The translations under genes were made by a program, and so were the position numbers. The notes beneath the pieces were generated by a model. That model ran no database searches, was not told where the DNA came from, and saw only the letters and a list, made by a program, of their open reading frames with translations. Below, piece by piece: positions 43,301 to 57,078 of a stretch of DNA of 64,000 nt. Position 1 is the stretch's first letter; every line of letters begins with the position of its first letter. The DNA is taken from assembly GCF_001194135.2 (NCBI RefSeq), contig NC_068990.1:6239501-6303500 (forward strand), written 5' to 3'. This stretch comes from Octopus bimaculoides. Lineage: Eukaryota.

Positions 43301-46300
43301 TCTCGAGGATGAGCTACTTGCTGGGAAGTTCCGAGAAATTCCTGGAGAGTTCCGATGATGGGACTCCCTGGAAAATTCCGATGACTTCTTGGAAAGTTCC
43401 GGGGACTTTCTGGAAATATCCGAGGCGTAGCTGTTACAGATCATACCTAACCTAAAACGATCACAGCCACATCATCCAAACAGGCTGGGTGAAACCGGGT
43501 TTAGCTGCTAGTATGAATATATTATATAAAGGTGCTGTGAACAAAAAGTAAACACTGATAGGATTTCTCTCACAAAAAGACAAAATGGTGAGCAGGTAGA
43601 ATCAACAGAATGTCAGTAAAAATGCCTTGTGATATTTTTGTAACTTTCTACATTCTGAGTTCAAATTCCACTCGGGTAAACATGCTTTTCAGTTCATTTA
43701 TAGTGACCTATAATAAAATATCAGTCAACTAAGGAGTCAAGGGTATCAACTAAGCCCCTCCTCTCCAATTTGCTGGCCTTGTACCTCAATCAGAAACCCA
43801 TTTTTTTCTTCACAAAAACTATCTTACAATACTTTTGAAGTATCAGTACTAGATCCAATATTTGTGATACTTGACAGGGGAATGGAGGAAAAAAATTGTT
43901 GATAACATCAATTTGAATATCAACCTTAGAACAATGTCAAACAAAGTTGATAAGAAGAGTAATTTAATTCAGAATGTAAAGTGACAATGTATTTTTTCTA
44001 ATCTTAGTCTCTTAGCATACACACACTAACACAAGGTAAACACACATATAGATTCAAAGACTGGCCCCCATCAAAACCAGGTTTATTTTTTCTAAACTTT
44101 GGCATAAGGTTTAGATAATATAAGGTCACTTGTAAGTAACCCTGTATTTCTTCTAAACCTTTGGCATAAAGTTTAAATAATACAGGGTTACTTGTAAGTG
44201 ACCCTATTAAAAATAATGAGCAAAGTCGACCAAGTTGGGATCTGAGCTCAGGATGTAAAAACACATAAGTAAGTTCTGCAAAGCATTTTTTGGGGTATGC
44301 TGTAATTTAAGTAGATTTCTTTTAAGTAGGCATAAAAACACATCAGAAAGAGTAAGTACACAGTCAATGATTTAATCCCAGTAAATATAAGAAGGGTCTT
44401 TAAAAAACCTCATAAATCACATGGAAATATCAAATTATATACTCCCAATCTTTACTTTCTAACTCCCCTTCATATCCCTTTATTTTTAATAAGTATCATG
44501 ATAATAGGCACTTCCATTTTCTCAATGTCACAATTCCAGCTTCACACTCACTCCTTATTTCCTACTACACACTTTGAATTCACTTCCCAGTTGCCTTTCC
44601 ATCATCCCTGATAATTGCAACATTTCATTTCTCAGACTCAATATCGAATAGTTTTGCCTAATCTTTTTCTCTCTAGGGAGAACTTCTTTCATAATCATGT
44701 TTTTACTCCAGCTAAACCTATAACAGCTTAAGCTGAACATCCTTTTTATTGCCCCCAATCCCTTCTTCAACACCTACTCAAGGAAATCAGAGATAGACCA
44801 GACACTGCTCTGAATCTCTAGATTAAACATTAAAACTCTCTTAGCTGTCACACCCCTTCACTTTCCATCACCAGCCTGCTTAACTATAGATATACTTACT
44901 GTTTGGGCACCAACTCAAACCTCATTTTCTGAAGTTCAGGGTCTTCTTGTAGAGTTGCCATTGCAATTGGATAGACAGTATCAAAATCAAAACTGAACTG
45001 AACTCCCGCAGGAGGATTTCTTAGGAAATTTCTCTTGTCCTGTAAAAAACATAATAGTAAGGCAATGAGATTTGTGAGAAAAATGATATTTCATACACGC
45101 TTACTTAAATAATGTTTCAAAAATCTAATCATAAAAGCTTTTTTTTTTACATATAAATGGGTTTTGCATTAGTAAAAAGGTTAAAGAATAAAGACCCCCT
45201 TCAGTCATGAATGACCATGGGATTGCACCTAGAAAGTTCCCCTCCAAGGTAAAAATCCATTTCTATATTTATTGGTTATCTTATTATTAGGTGAATATTT
45301 AATTTTATCCTTATACCCAGCACTGGCCAGTGCTGCATTGTAATACTCCGAATGTGAATTAAATATTCTTTCATTAGCAAACAGCCTGGACATTCTATTT
45401 GATATGCTTTTCATAATAGTTTTTAATACCAAAGGTGGAAGATTTGAATTTCTATTTACATATCTTAGATTCTCATTTGGTTTATGGAATGGTTCAAAAA
45501 ACTGTGTTTAGATTAAGAGTTACATCTAGAAAATTTACTACTTTATGGTCTTTTCAATAGTTAGGAGCAGTTTACTATAATCTACTGCAATTTCCGACAA
45601 GGAAAAGAGTATCATCCCTATATAGACCCTCTTCACCACCTGATCTGGAAAAGAATGCAAATACCAACAAGATCGGTGACCTGCGCTGAATCTTTGATTC
45701 TATTGTTATATCAATACAATCAATCCTATCCATGGCTTGTTATCATAATCAATTATTGTACTACAGGCTGCTAATATAATATCAATCTCGTGTTTGTATA
45801 AATCAGAGTTGCATTTGGCAAATATAAGTGCCTTATTAAGTAACATTACTTGTTCCAATCCATGGCTCACTTCCTGCATTCACAACACTTCATCAATGAA
45901 GAAGAAGTGGAAGTTTCAGTGAAGAAGTTCTTCCCCTCAAAGATCAAGAACTGGTATTAGTGTGGAATCAACGAACTGGCAGAAAGGTGGCTTCAAACAG
46001 TGCAACACGATGGACTCTACTTTGAATGCTAAGCTGTTTTTGTTGTAACTTGATGAATCAAGCAAATAAATTACCAAAATATAGCAAAAGTTTTGGTCGA
46101 CATAATATAATAGTTAATAATTCTCGAATATCTAAGAGTGTAAGGCTAAAGCCATAGTGGTTGGTAATAGAAGAAGAAGGCAAAGGAATGGTTGTATAAA
46201 GGGAATAAGGTTTTAGAAAATTTGCTCATAGGTTGTATAAGGTATTTAATTGCTTAAATGTGGCTACAGTATTGGAGTGCCAGATTGTAAGAGAGATCGA

Positions 46301-49300
46301 ATTTTAGATTACATCAAATAGCTCACAAATTCAAATCTGTTGCACTTATTTTATTGTTTCCTGGCAGAACACAAACTCAGTTCCCTTATCAACAATGAGA
46401 GCCAGCTTGTGCTAAAATGTTATCTGTGATAAATTAGAAGCTTAAAAGGGATATTTATCTCTCATCTACTTAACACTATCGAACTAGAGATAAGTGCTGA
46501 TACTTTAAAATCTTTCAGGAATGAATAAGTATTTACATATAGGCTATATCTTCAAAGTGAAGGTGCACTGCTCAGTGGTTAGAGCATTGGACTCACAATC
46601 ATGAGGTAGTGAGTTCGATTCCTGGACCAGGCTGTGTGTTGTGTTCTTGAGCAAGACCCTTTATTTCACATTGCTCCAGTTCACTCAGTTATAGAAACGA
46701 GTTGTTACATCACTGGTGCCAAGCTGTACCATCAGCCTTTGCCTTTTCTTTGGATAACATCAGTGGCATGGAGAGAGGAGGCTGATTTGCAAGGGCAACA
46801 GCGGGTCTTCTACAAACAACCTTGCCTGGGCTTGTGCCTTGGAGGGGAACTTTCTAGGTGCAATCCCATGATTCTTCAAGACCGAAGGGGGTCTTTACTT
46901 TTACCTTTATATCTTAAAAGAAACATATTTCCAAGGCAGAAATAACCCGTGCGCGTGCGTGTGTGTGTTCCTTATGGATTCGAAAACTGAGTTGCTGATT
47001 TTGACATCTGAGAGATCAAAAGATTCAGTAATCTTTTAGCTACCAAATAAAGTATGTTTCTTGCATAACTCTTTTTTTTACTATGAAAATAACCTTGAAA
47101 ACAAGGTCGCACAATTTTGAGATCCTTAGCTAAAGGAGGCAACTCTGCCTGAACAATCTCTATGTCTTAGATAGGGCATAATGAGAAAATGTTTAAAATA
47201 CATGGAATTTTACCAGGGAATGAAACTTTGAAAATATACCATCAACTTTATTAGTATTATTTAGTAGATAATCTTTTAATGTGAAGTATGTTTGTCTGTG
47301 TTTTGTTTAGCCCAGAGTTGCCTCTGATGTAGCAGACCCATCTCATAGTTTTTTCTTTTTTTTTCCCCCTGAAATACTGTAAATCTGTCTTTCTTTTGAT
47401 GAAAGGGTGTGTTTTAAGAGAGATTTGACTGCTATTTGTAGTAGCTCAAGTTACCACAGAGACACCACTGTGTGTGTGCATGTGTTTTGTTGGGGTGAAA
47501 AAAATATTTTCTCAGACTATTTTGCACAATAATCTTTTAAGAAATCTGGACATCTTTTTTACTGCAAACCATTCAACTTCAAATTACAATTGCTAATTGT
47601 TGGCAGTCAAGTGACTGAGATGTACATACAGTGTTATCATACAGAGTGGAAATTCAATACAAAGTTTTGAACTCGTTACCTTGTGGTTAGTAATCCATTA
47701 CCTTAAATCTGAAGAGATTAAATCTTTAAACATTATTTTACGAGGTTTAGTCATTCAACTGTTGCTACGATGGGGTATCACCTTCAAAAATTTAATTGAT
47801 CTTACAGACCTCAGTACGTTTTTCAATCTGGCATTTATTTTATAGATCTCTGATTGATGAACTGCTAACTTTGAGATATAATGGGACACAATACTCGATT
47901 TAACAACAAATGTAAACACACACACACACACACACACACACATTAGGTACAAGAATGACTGTGTGGTTTGCTTCCCAACCACATGGTTCCATGTTCAGTC
48001 CTTCTGCATGGTACTATAGGGCTTTCCTATAAGTAGGTTATCTCCCTTGGCTAGGCGGCACTCCATGTAGATAATTAAACTTCCGGAGGCTAACCCATGC
48101 CATTGTTATTGTTTTACGCCTTATCATGAATATAAAGCAGCTTGATGATTCAGCTATCGAAGTACTTACTGTGCCTGAGTTAAAGGAATATTTAAGATTA
48201 TATGGACAGTATGTTACTGGAAGAAAGGCGGACTTGACTGAAAGGTTGAAAGGAATAAAAATTTTGTCGATGAAGAATGTCAACAAAGTAAATTCATCGG
48301 ACGATAAGCCTGAAGTATCGGACGATACTTCAGACAGGAATAAGCAGAAGCTTATATCTCCTCTCGGTGAAGTATTGCCTGATCTAAAGATCTNNNNNNN
48401 NNNAGATAATGACATAATTACCTCGTGCTACGGATGAAAGCAAAGCAACAGTTAAGGAGTGGCATATTTTACCACGACAGACACGTACACAGCATCGAAT
48501 ACCACGATGTGAGTGAAAGCTGCTCTCACTGTATTGTCCGGTGTCTGGTAATCCTTTCGATACCAACATCAAACCAAAAAAAGAATCCTGACCACAGAGT
48601 GTGGGTAATTATGTCAAAGGTCACTGGCAATGTGCATTCAGCTGATTGCAACTGTTAAAGCAAGTCACTGAGCATGCGTACATGTCATACGGGAGAGTTC
48701 CAATCAGGGGTGGATAACACCTTATTGGAAAACCATATAGCCTTAGGCCAACCACAGACTTGTGACTGATTTTGGTAGATGGAAACTGCAGTATTATTCA
48801 TCAAAAAATGACCAAAAAAAAACATGTCTATAAAGAACATGTTTGCTTCAAACTCCTCATGTACCAATTCTGCCCCTAAGAAAGGAACAAATAATACAAT
48901 GTGGTTGTAGGTCGTAACACCTAGGCAATGCTGGGGTGCATTGCTAGTAATAAATAAAATTTACTAGTTATAGTAAAAAATCTTCCAATTAATATAAAAT
49001 AATACATTTTAAAATTAATAGGATATCTTAATGCAAGTTCCTAGACCAAACAGTACCGTCTACTTAGAATATCAGGCTGCATCATTAAATCTAATGTCAA
49101 CAGACTTTAATCATACAATCTTTTTCTCTTTAGAACTCTCTTATGTAAAATTGTCTAAAGGAAACTAGAACATGAGCACTGCTGGTTTATCTACAGAAAC
49201 TATAAAGAATTCTCTAATAACTAAAGTACAGCCAAATAACTAAAGTACAGTGAGTGGTACTCACCAAGTTTGTTATATTTACTTATTAGGGTTACAAATC

Positions 49301-50994
49301 ATCTTTAAGATTTTTCTGATAATTGCACTGTGCCCAACCACATTTTCTTTGATTTTAAGGTACATTGTGTGTGTGTGTGTGTGTATAATATATATATGCA
49401 CAAAAAGATTCAGTTAAATTAGGTACTTAAGTTGAGGCACCTTGTTACGTCAGAATAATATACACACACAATATCATATAAATATTAACTTTGGTACAGC
49501 AGTACCAGCAGGATGATATTCTTGTAAGGCATGCAGACAATTTGACGCAGCTGAGTATATAATCCACTTTTGTGCTATTCAGACATGTACATTTTATCAG
49601 ATAACAAACCATATACTTCAGAATTTGCAAAGGGCATATTCTGAGATAGGTGAATAAAATATAAATGAGTAACAATTGAGGGACAGTTGTCAATTCATTA
49701 AGGCCGTTTCTAACAACTCCTTTAATTGATTAATGAGCACATTATATCATTATAAAGAAACCGTTTTCCTCAGATGAATACATGAACTTTACAATCAAGG
49801 ACATTCCAAATGATTTAACATATTTTAAAACCCATGGAGGAAAACATTTTCACTGATTCTGCTACTGAAATAGTAGCAGAATCAGTGGTCTGTAGATTTT
49901 AAAATATGTTAATTCATTTGGAATGTCCTTGATTGTAAAGTTCATGTATTCATCTGAGGAAAACGGTTTCTTTATAATGATATAATGTGCTCATTAATCA
50001 ATTAAAGGAGTTGTTAGAAACGGCCTTAATGAATTGAGAACTGTCCTTCAATTGTTATTTATACACACACACACATGCACATATATAGATTGGGTCATCC
50101 CATAAATAATGCGGATTTTTTTTTTTTACTTTTATTTTTCAAAATTAAGTGATAAAAAACATTTCTCTAGTACTGTTCTGACCTTGTCTATAGAATTTAT
50201 ATTTTTTTCCGTTCAAATGATTTTGAAAACTGTGGAATAAATGACAATCAGATGGGGCAATGTCAAGCAAATGTGGTGGGTGAGGCATCGTTTCCCATAC
50301 AAACTGCTCCAGCTTTTGGAATGTCATTCTCCCTGTATGTGACCGAGCATTCTCCTGATGGAAGAACACCTTTCATCTTGAAACCAAAAATGGTCATTTT
50401 CCTTCTAGCACTGACTTGAATGTCTGGCTGAATGACCTAATCAAAGCTTCTCTGCTAGTTCCTCAACAGTTACGATCGGATTTTGTTCCACCAGGGTTTG
50501 CATCAAAATTTCCCCAAGACATCTGAAGAAGGCTGGAGGGTATATCAGCCGAAAAGTTGTGTTAACAAGAAACAAGATGAGGACAAATATCCATCAAATG
50601 TAAATAATGTAAATAATGTACATAATTCCTCATCTCTGATTTAATCATCAGTGCAAGAATAGTCAAGCATAGTCTTGACTATTCTTGCACTGATGATTAA
50701 AAAAGTGCATTTTGTGCACTAATTATGAAATCATATGATATGCAGCTGAGTCTGATTTTAAAAGGCTCGCTTCCAGAGTTGCATTCCCTCGCGTTCGGTA
50801 CAATGTGTTTATTATGGCAGCTTTGACTTTAAGAGTCCCTCCTAGCATGAGGCATTTATGTATAGTAATGCCCTTAATATAAATAAATATATATATAGGG
50901 AATAATTAATAAATTTTTCCCTTATGAGGTTTTCCACACTAACTACTTGATAAATTCTTATAAAGATTTTATCCTATATTTAAATTATATATAC

Positions 50995-51036
<42 letters not shown>

Positions 51037-52016
51037 TGGGTCATCCTATAAATAATGTGGTCTTTTTATACTTCTTTTATTTTTCAAAATTAAGATAAAC
51101 AGAGTTATTTTTAATCTAAAATATACTCTCCTTCATTTTCTACAATGCTCTTCCATCTATCTGGTAGACTTGCAAGACTCCTCTTCCAAAATTCGCTTGT
51201 CCGTGAAAGGTTCATTAAGAATGTGCCAGAATAATATACACAAGTGAACAAAAATGAAAAAAACAAGATATGAATGAACTTACAGAAGACAAAGCCAGGA
51301 TTTGTTTCTTCATAGTTTCTTCTTCATTGTAACCAACCCATGGTGGGAGAGCTGCTTCAGCATGCTTCCCTTTTTCTTTGTTTTCATTGACAAACTTTTC
51401 CTGCTCCCGAGTGAATTCACCAAGTATAGTCTGAAATAGAAATAGATAGAGATATATGTATTTTGATGTATACTGGTGTGTGTGTGTTTTTGTGTATGTA
51501 TGTATACAATAATACCACACCATATCGTGGTTCACCTATCGCGGTTTATTATTTAAGCTTATGTCGGTTCTTTCGTGGTGTTGTTTTGCATTTATAATAA
51601 AATAAACATATACAAATTATAAAAATACTGAAAAAAAATATACAGTACACTACTGTTTCTACTTCGTGGATTTTCACCTATTGCGGGAGGCTTTGGGACA
51701 TAACACCCATGATAGTTGAGGGATTACTGTACAGATGAATATATATATATACACACACACATGTATATGTATAATTAGCCATAAATATACATGTACATTT
51801 ATATACACGAGTACATACATGTATATACTTATATATCTACTTGCACTTCATTTTTGATGCTCTGAGGAAGCTATAAGATGATGCACAAGCACTCAGCTCT
51901 GAGTGACTTGCACCTTATAACAGAAACAGCAAGAAGTTAATGAAATCCATTACATAATTTCCTGTTCCTTTGTCATTTATTTAATTTTATATATATATGT
52001 ATACGTGTGTGTGTGT

Positions 52017-52101
<85 letters not shown>

Positions 52102-53784
52102 ACCATCAAATGAGCTCTATATGAGAATGTGGCTCTCTGCAATCTCACACACAGTTATATGACAATCAGATACAACTATGGCTTTGATTTGGTCATCATC
52201 AACTTCAGTAGGTCAACCAGAATGTTGGTCATCTTTGAGTGAAAAATGGAATTTTTAAAACCATTTCTGATATGTGCATTCTGTTAAGCAATCAACGCCA
52301 TAAACTTCACATATCTTTTTGTGAGCTTCAGCAGCTTTCTTGCCTTTACAGAAATAAAACAGCAAAATATGGCGAAAAAAACTCACTTTTGCACTCCATT
52401 TTAAAATTGACACTGAACTAACAACTGTAAACAAAATTACATGCAACTTGCTTCTAAAGTAAGCTAAAGGTAACAGCTATCAAATGTCAAAGGGAAAAAA
52501 TCATAACACTGACATAAGTCATTCAGAAAAGTCATAACTCTATCTATTTGCAAAAAACAAAATTACTTTCTTGCCAACCCAATATAGTATTAGACTGTCA
52601 ACTGTCAATCTAGCAAAAATCCTTAAAACTATTAATCTCGTGGACAGTTTTACAACCACAGTAGGTCTTTCCTTATCTCACATTTTCCGCTTTGTCTGTT
52701 TCTTTCTCTCTTCCTCTTTCTCTCTCTCTCTCTCTCTCCTCCCCCTTCTCTCAAGATTTTAGTTTCTCTTTCTGTTTATCTCCAATGGCTTTTTGCTGTT
52801 TGGGTTCTTGCAGTCAGTCAGATGTACAGCATGTATTATTAACATATGTACTCAGTTCACCTTTTATATATGCATTGTGAATAGGTAGTTATGGTGCTAT
52901 GTCTTTTCATCCGACGTCACTTCGTCAAACGTCTTTTCATCCATGTCTTTTCATCTGACGTCTTTTTGTCTGATGATTTTTTTTTGTCCAACAACAAATT
53001 CTATCAATAAAATTCTCAATGAATATTTGGTTTTGATGTTCACCTTGTTTCCTAAAGAGTTTATTTAAAATTGGATAGAAAGTTGTTGGACAAAAAAAAA
53101 TCATCAAACAGAAAGACATTGGACCAAAAGACATGGACGAAGTGACGTTGGACAAAAAGTCAGTTTACAGGTAGTTATACCTATTCATACACAAAGTTAT
53201 TTTAAATCTACATAGTCTAGGAGTGGCTTTTTATTCTTCAAACTTTATATTCCATTTCTTATTATTTTTATACTTTCAACTGGTGATTTTTCCCATATAT
53301 GTAAATGCTTTCCCAAATAAACTTGCTCTACCTTTTAGAAGCTTCAAGGAAGCTAGAAGGTGATGCACATGCATTCATCTCCAAGTGCACTGCATCCTAT
53401 AGCAGACACACCATTGAGGTAATGACCCGTTTCCTTATCAGTTATTTAATATCATATTATGTACGATCTATATTTGACTAATGCTTTATTTTGAGGCTTA
53501 TGTTTAGTGAGTTCTAACACCAGGGTATTAGTGTTGCTGTACCTCAGTGAAATATTCAAATACACATATAAATATATAACTGTGGAGCACTGCTTTGAAT
53601 ATCTTAGAGTCGAATGAATCGACCCCAGTATTCTCTTTTTTTTTTCTAAGCCTGCTACTTATTCTTTCAATCTCTTTTGCCAAATTGCTAAGTTACAAAA
53701 ACACACTAACACCAGTTGTCAAGCAGTGTTGGGGAACAAACACAAAGTCATACACACATACATACATATATATATATATTTACA

Positions 53785-53840
<56 letters not shown>

Positions 53841-56800
53841 NNNNNNNNNNNNNNNNNNNNNNNNNNNNNNNNNNNNNNNNNNNNNNNNNNNNNNNNNNNN
53901 NNNNNNNNNNNNNNNNNNNNNNNNNNNNNNNNNNNNNNNNNNNNNNNNNNNNNNNNNNNNNNNNNNNNNNNNNNNNNNNNNNNNNNNNNNNNNNNNNNNN
54001 NNNNNNNNNNNNNNNNNNNNNNNNNNNNNNNNNNNNNNNNNNNNNNNNNNNNNNNNNNNNNNNNNNNNNNNNNNNNNNNNNNNNNNNNNNNNNNNNNNNN
54101 NNNNNNNNNNNNNNNNNNNNNNNNNNNNNNNNNNNNNNNNNNNNNNNNNNNNNNNNNNNNNNNNNNNNNNNNNNNNNNNNNNNNNTATATATATATATAT
54201 ATACACATAGGCAGTGCCCCAGCATGGCTGCAATCTAATGACTGAAACAAGATATATATATATATATATATATATATACATTGACATGAGTTTGGAGGGG
54301 ATATATTATCCAGGCAGATACTATGGTGGCACTCAGTTATGTTCCAGGTTACAGCTAATCGCATTGATTAGTATTTAACGTTTGTGACTACTATTAGTTG
54401 TCACTCACACTGTAAATTCCTCTGATGGTAATTCCATGTTTGCTTCTCAGGATGGTAATATTATCCAGAGTGTATATTTGCAATAATTATAATGATATTA
54501 AATATGGAGACTTGCTCCTCCTGAAAATTTATTTCCTCTTATTTTACAATTTCATACAGCATATGTATTCAGTTCAGTTTGAAAACTAGCCCAATGGACA
54601 GACCCTAAAGAAGTTGTGCAGGAAATCATGCCTGCTTGCATGTGTAACAGCCTGTACTTTGTGCAGTGGAAACACGTGTAGGGCGGCAAGCTGCCAGAAT
54701 CGTTAGCACACCGGGCGAAATGCTTAGCAGTATTTCGTCTGCCGCTATGTTCTGAGTTCAAATTCCGCCGAAGTCGACTTTGCCTTTCATCCTTTCGGGG
54801 TCGATTAAATAAGTACCAGTTAGGCACTGGGGTCGATCTAATCGACTTAATCCCTTTGTCTGTCCTTGTTTGTCCCCTCTGTGTGAAGCCCCTTGTGGGC
54901 AGTAAAGAAATAGGAAACACGTGTAGGCCGTAACAACCATAAAAATATGTTGTATGAAATTGTAAAATAAGAGGAAGTAAATTTTGAGGATGAATAAGTT
55001 TCCATATTCTATATCATTATAATCATTGCTAATACACGCACACACACACACATATATACCATCAGCAACTATGAGCTAGAACTCTATGAATTCATCTCCC
55101 TTGGCTCTACCATCACTGATAACCTCTCCTTGGACCCTAATACCAGTAAGTGAGTTGAACGAACATCCTCCACATTTGCCAGGCTGATGAAGAGAGTCTG
55201 GGAGGACAGAAAACTGATCACAAACACCAAGACTGCTGTCTTCAAGGTGTGTGTCCTCAACACACTACTTTACAACAGCAAGATAAGGAGCCTCTACATC
55301 TTCAACCTTCACTGAAATCCAGTCACCAACACTGAGCCAAGACACCCACCATATTCCCCCTACTCCAACAGTGCTGTCTGCATTGCTTTGGTTATGAGTA
55401 TCGCATCCTGGAGAGGATAATCTTTTGGGGAAAATTTCCCTATACTGGAAGTCTTTTGGAAAAATTTAATTGTCACTAAATGTGACAAAGGGTGCCGAAG
55501 AACCAAAATTGCTAGAAATAAGAGTTAAAAACTCTTAATGCTTTAAGAAGAGTGTGATGTATAAGAGCTAAGCGAAAGTAGTCTAGTCTAGTGATTCTAA
55601 AGATGGTCAAAAGGTGGTTACCTCCCTTGTCAGTGTGTGTGTGTGTGTGTGTGTGTGTGGATATCCCTGATTGCATAATATCGTTATTTTGTGCTGTTAA
55701 ATGCTTTAATTCTTTCTGTTTTCCTTGCATACTGTTTTTCTCTGTTATCTTGGTGCAGTATGGTGGATTAATTTAAGACTTTAGCTCTTATTTCTAGCAG
55801 GTAGATGCTTGTTAAGCATCATTACGCTTCGTGCAAATTTATAATTCATAGCTATATAATGCTATTGTGCCTGCGATCCACCTATGTCACTGCTGGTGAT
55901 ATCATCAATTTTAAAATTTATCCACAGATGATATGAACAGTAGTGACATCTGATTTCAAATCTCAGTGTTTGAATGTTTTGCGTATATAGGCTACTTGCT
56001 GGAGCCTAGCAGCGGGAAATTTAGACAGTGTCATGTGACAACTTGCTGGGGCTGCCTGCTGGAGCCTAGCAGCAGGTATAAAAAGGGGAATTTGACATGA
56101 CAATCAGTCGGACGCTGACACTCGTTGATGCTGCATCGAAGAGGCCAGGGAATAGAAGAAAGAAGACATGCACCCAACACCAGAGCTGAAGACACCTCCG
56201 AAAGGGGGGGCCCTGCCACGTCAAAACGGTAGAGGAGTAGGGGCCGAAACCGGACATGGTTCCTCCTGATGATGTCTTGAGCTAACTGGATCCTATAAAG
56301 GAGCTGTTGTGGTAGCAGACCACGAAACATGCTTGAAATTCCTCCTATACACACACACACTTAAACACATACATATATATATATTGCACTCTTCTTTCAG
56401 CATTAGGATCTTTTAACTCTTATTTCTAACAATGTCGGTAACTTTGGCACCCTCAGTCACATTTAGTGACAACTAAATTTTTCCTTTATGGTATTACATT
56501 GCACCTCGCTGTTTATATCAGTTTTTAGTATATGTATTAGCATTTCACTAAATCAGCCATAAATTTTTATGGTAAAATTATGTATACTGGCATGTATATG
56601 TATAATATGGAATTAACCAGACCATTGACCATTTAAGTAGTCACTACTGACAATGCCTACAAAATAGGTAAAACTAGTCTAATCTAGTGGTTCTAGAGAA
56701 AGTCATGGGGTGGTTACCTCCCCTGTTAGTGTATATACATTGCGCTCTTCTTACAGCATTAAGAGCTTTTTAACTATAAAAGTATATTGCTCATGCTGAG

Positions 56801-57030
56801 AGAGTGTATGTTTGTCAGTGTGTGAGTATGCATGTGTGCAAGGAATTTCATTAAGTAGACAAAGTGATTTACAACTGGTATGTAAAATTTATTTACATTT
56901 GACAGATATTTGTCCTCATCTTGTTTGTTGTTAACACAATGTTTTGGCTGATATACCCTCCAGCCTTCAACAGGTGTCTTGGGGAAATTTCGAATCTGGA
57001 TTCTCATTCCTAAAGTATTTTTCGATGTTG

Positions 57031-57078
<48 letters not shown>

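Noticed and set aside
43108-43425. Repeat array considered as CRISPR-like
   Set aside because: Units are degenerate, spacers are very short and irregular, the context is eukaryotic and there are no cas genes; it is a minisatellite.
42809-43444. 211-aa ORF as an intact gene
   Set aside because: The N-terminal two thirds is translated minisatellite and the rest is a retrotransposon fragment ending in a premature stop.
46560-46635. tRNA-like sequences (also 57153-57215, 60477-60570, 63545-63610)
   Set aside because: They have A/B boxes but no complete acceptor stem and they continue into SINE bodies, so they are SINE heads, not tRNA genes.
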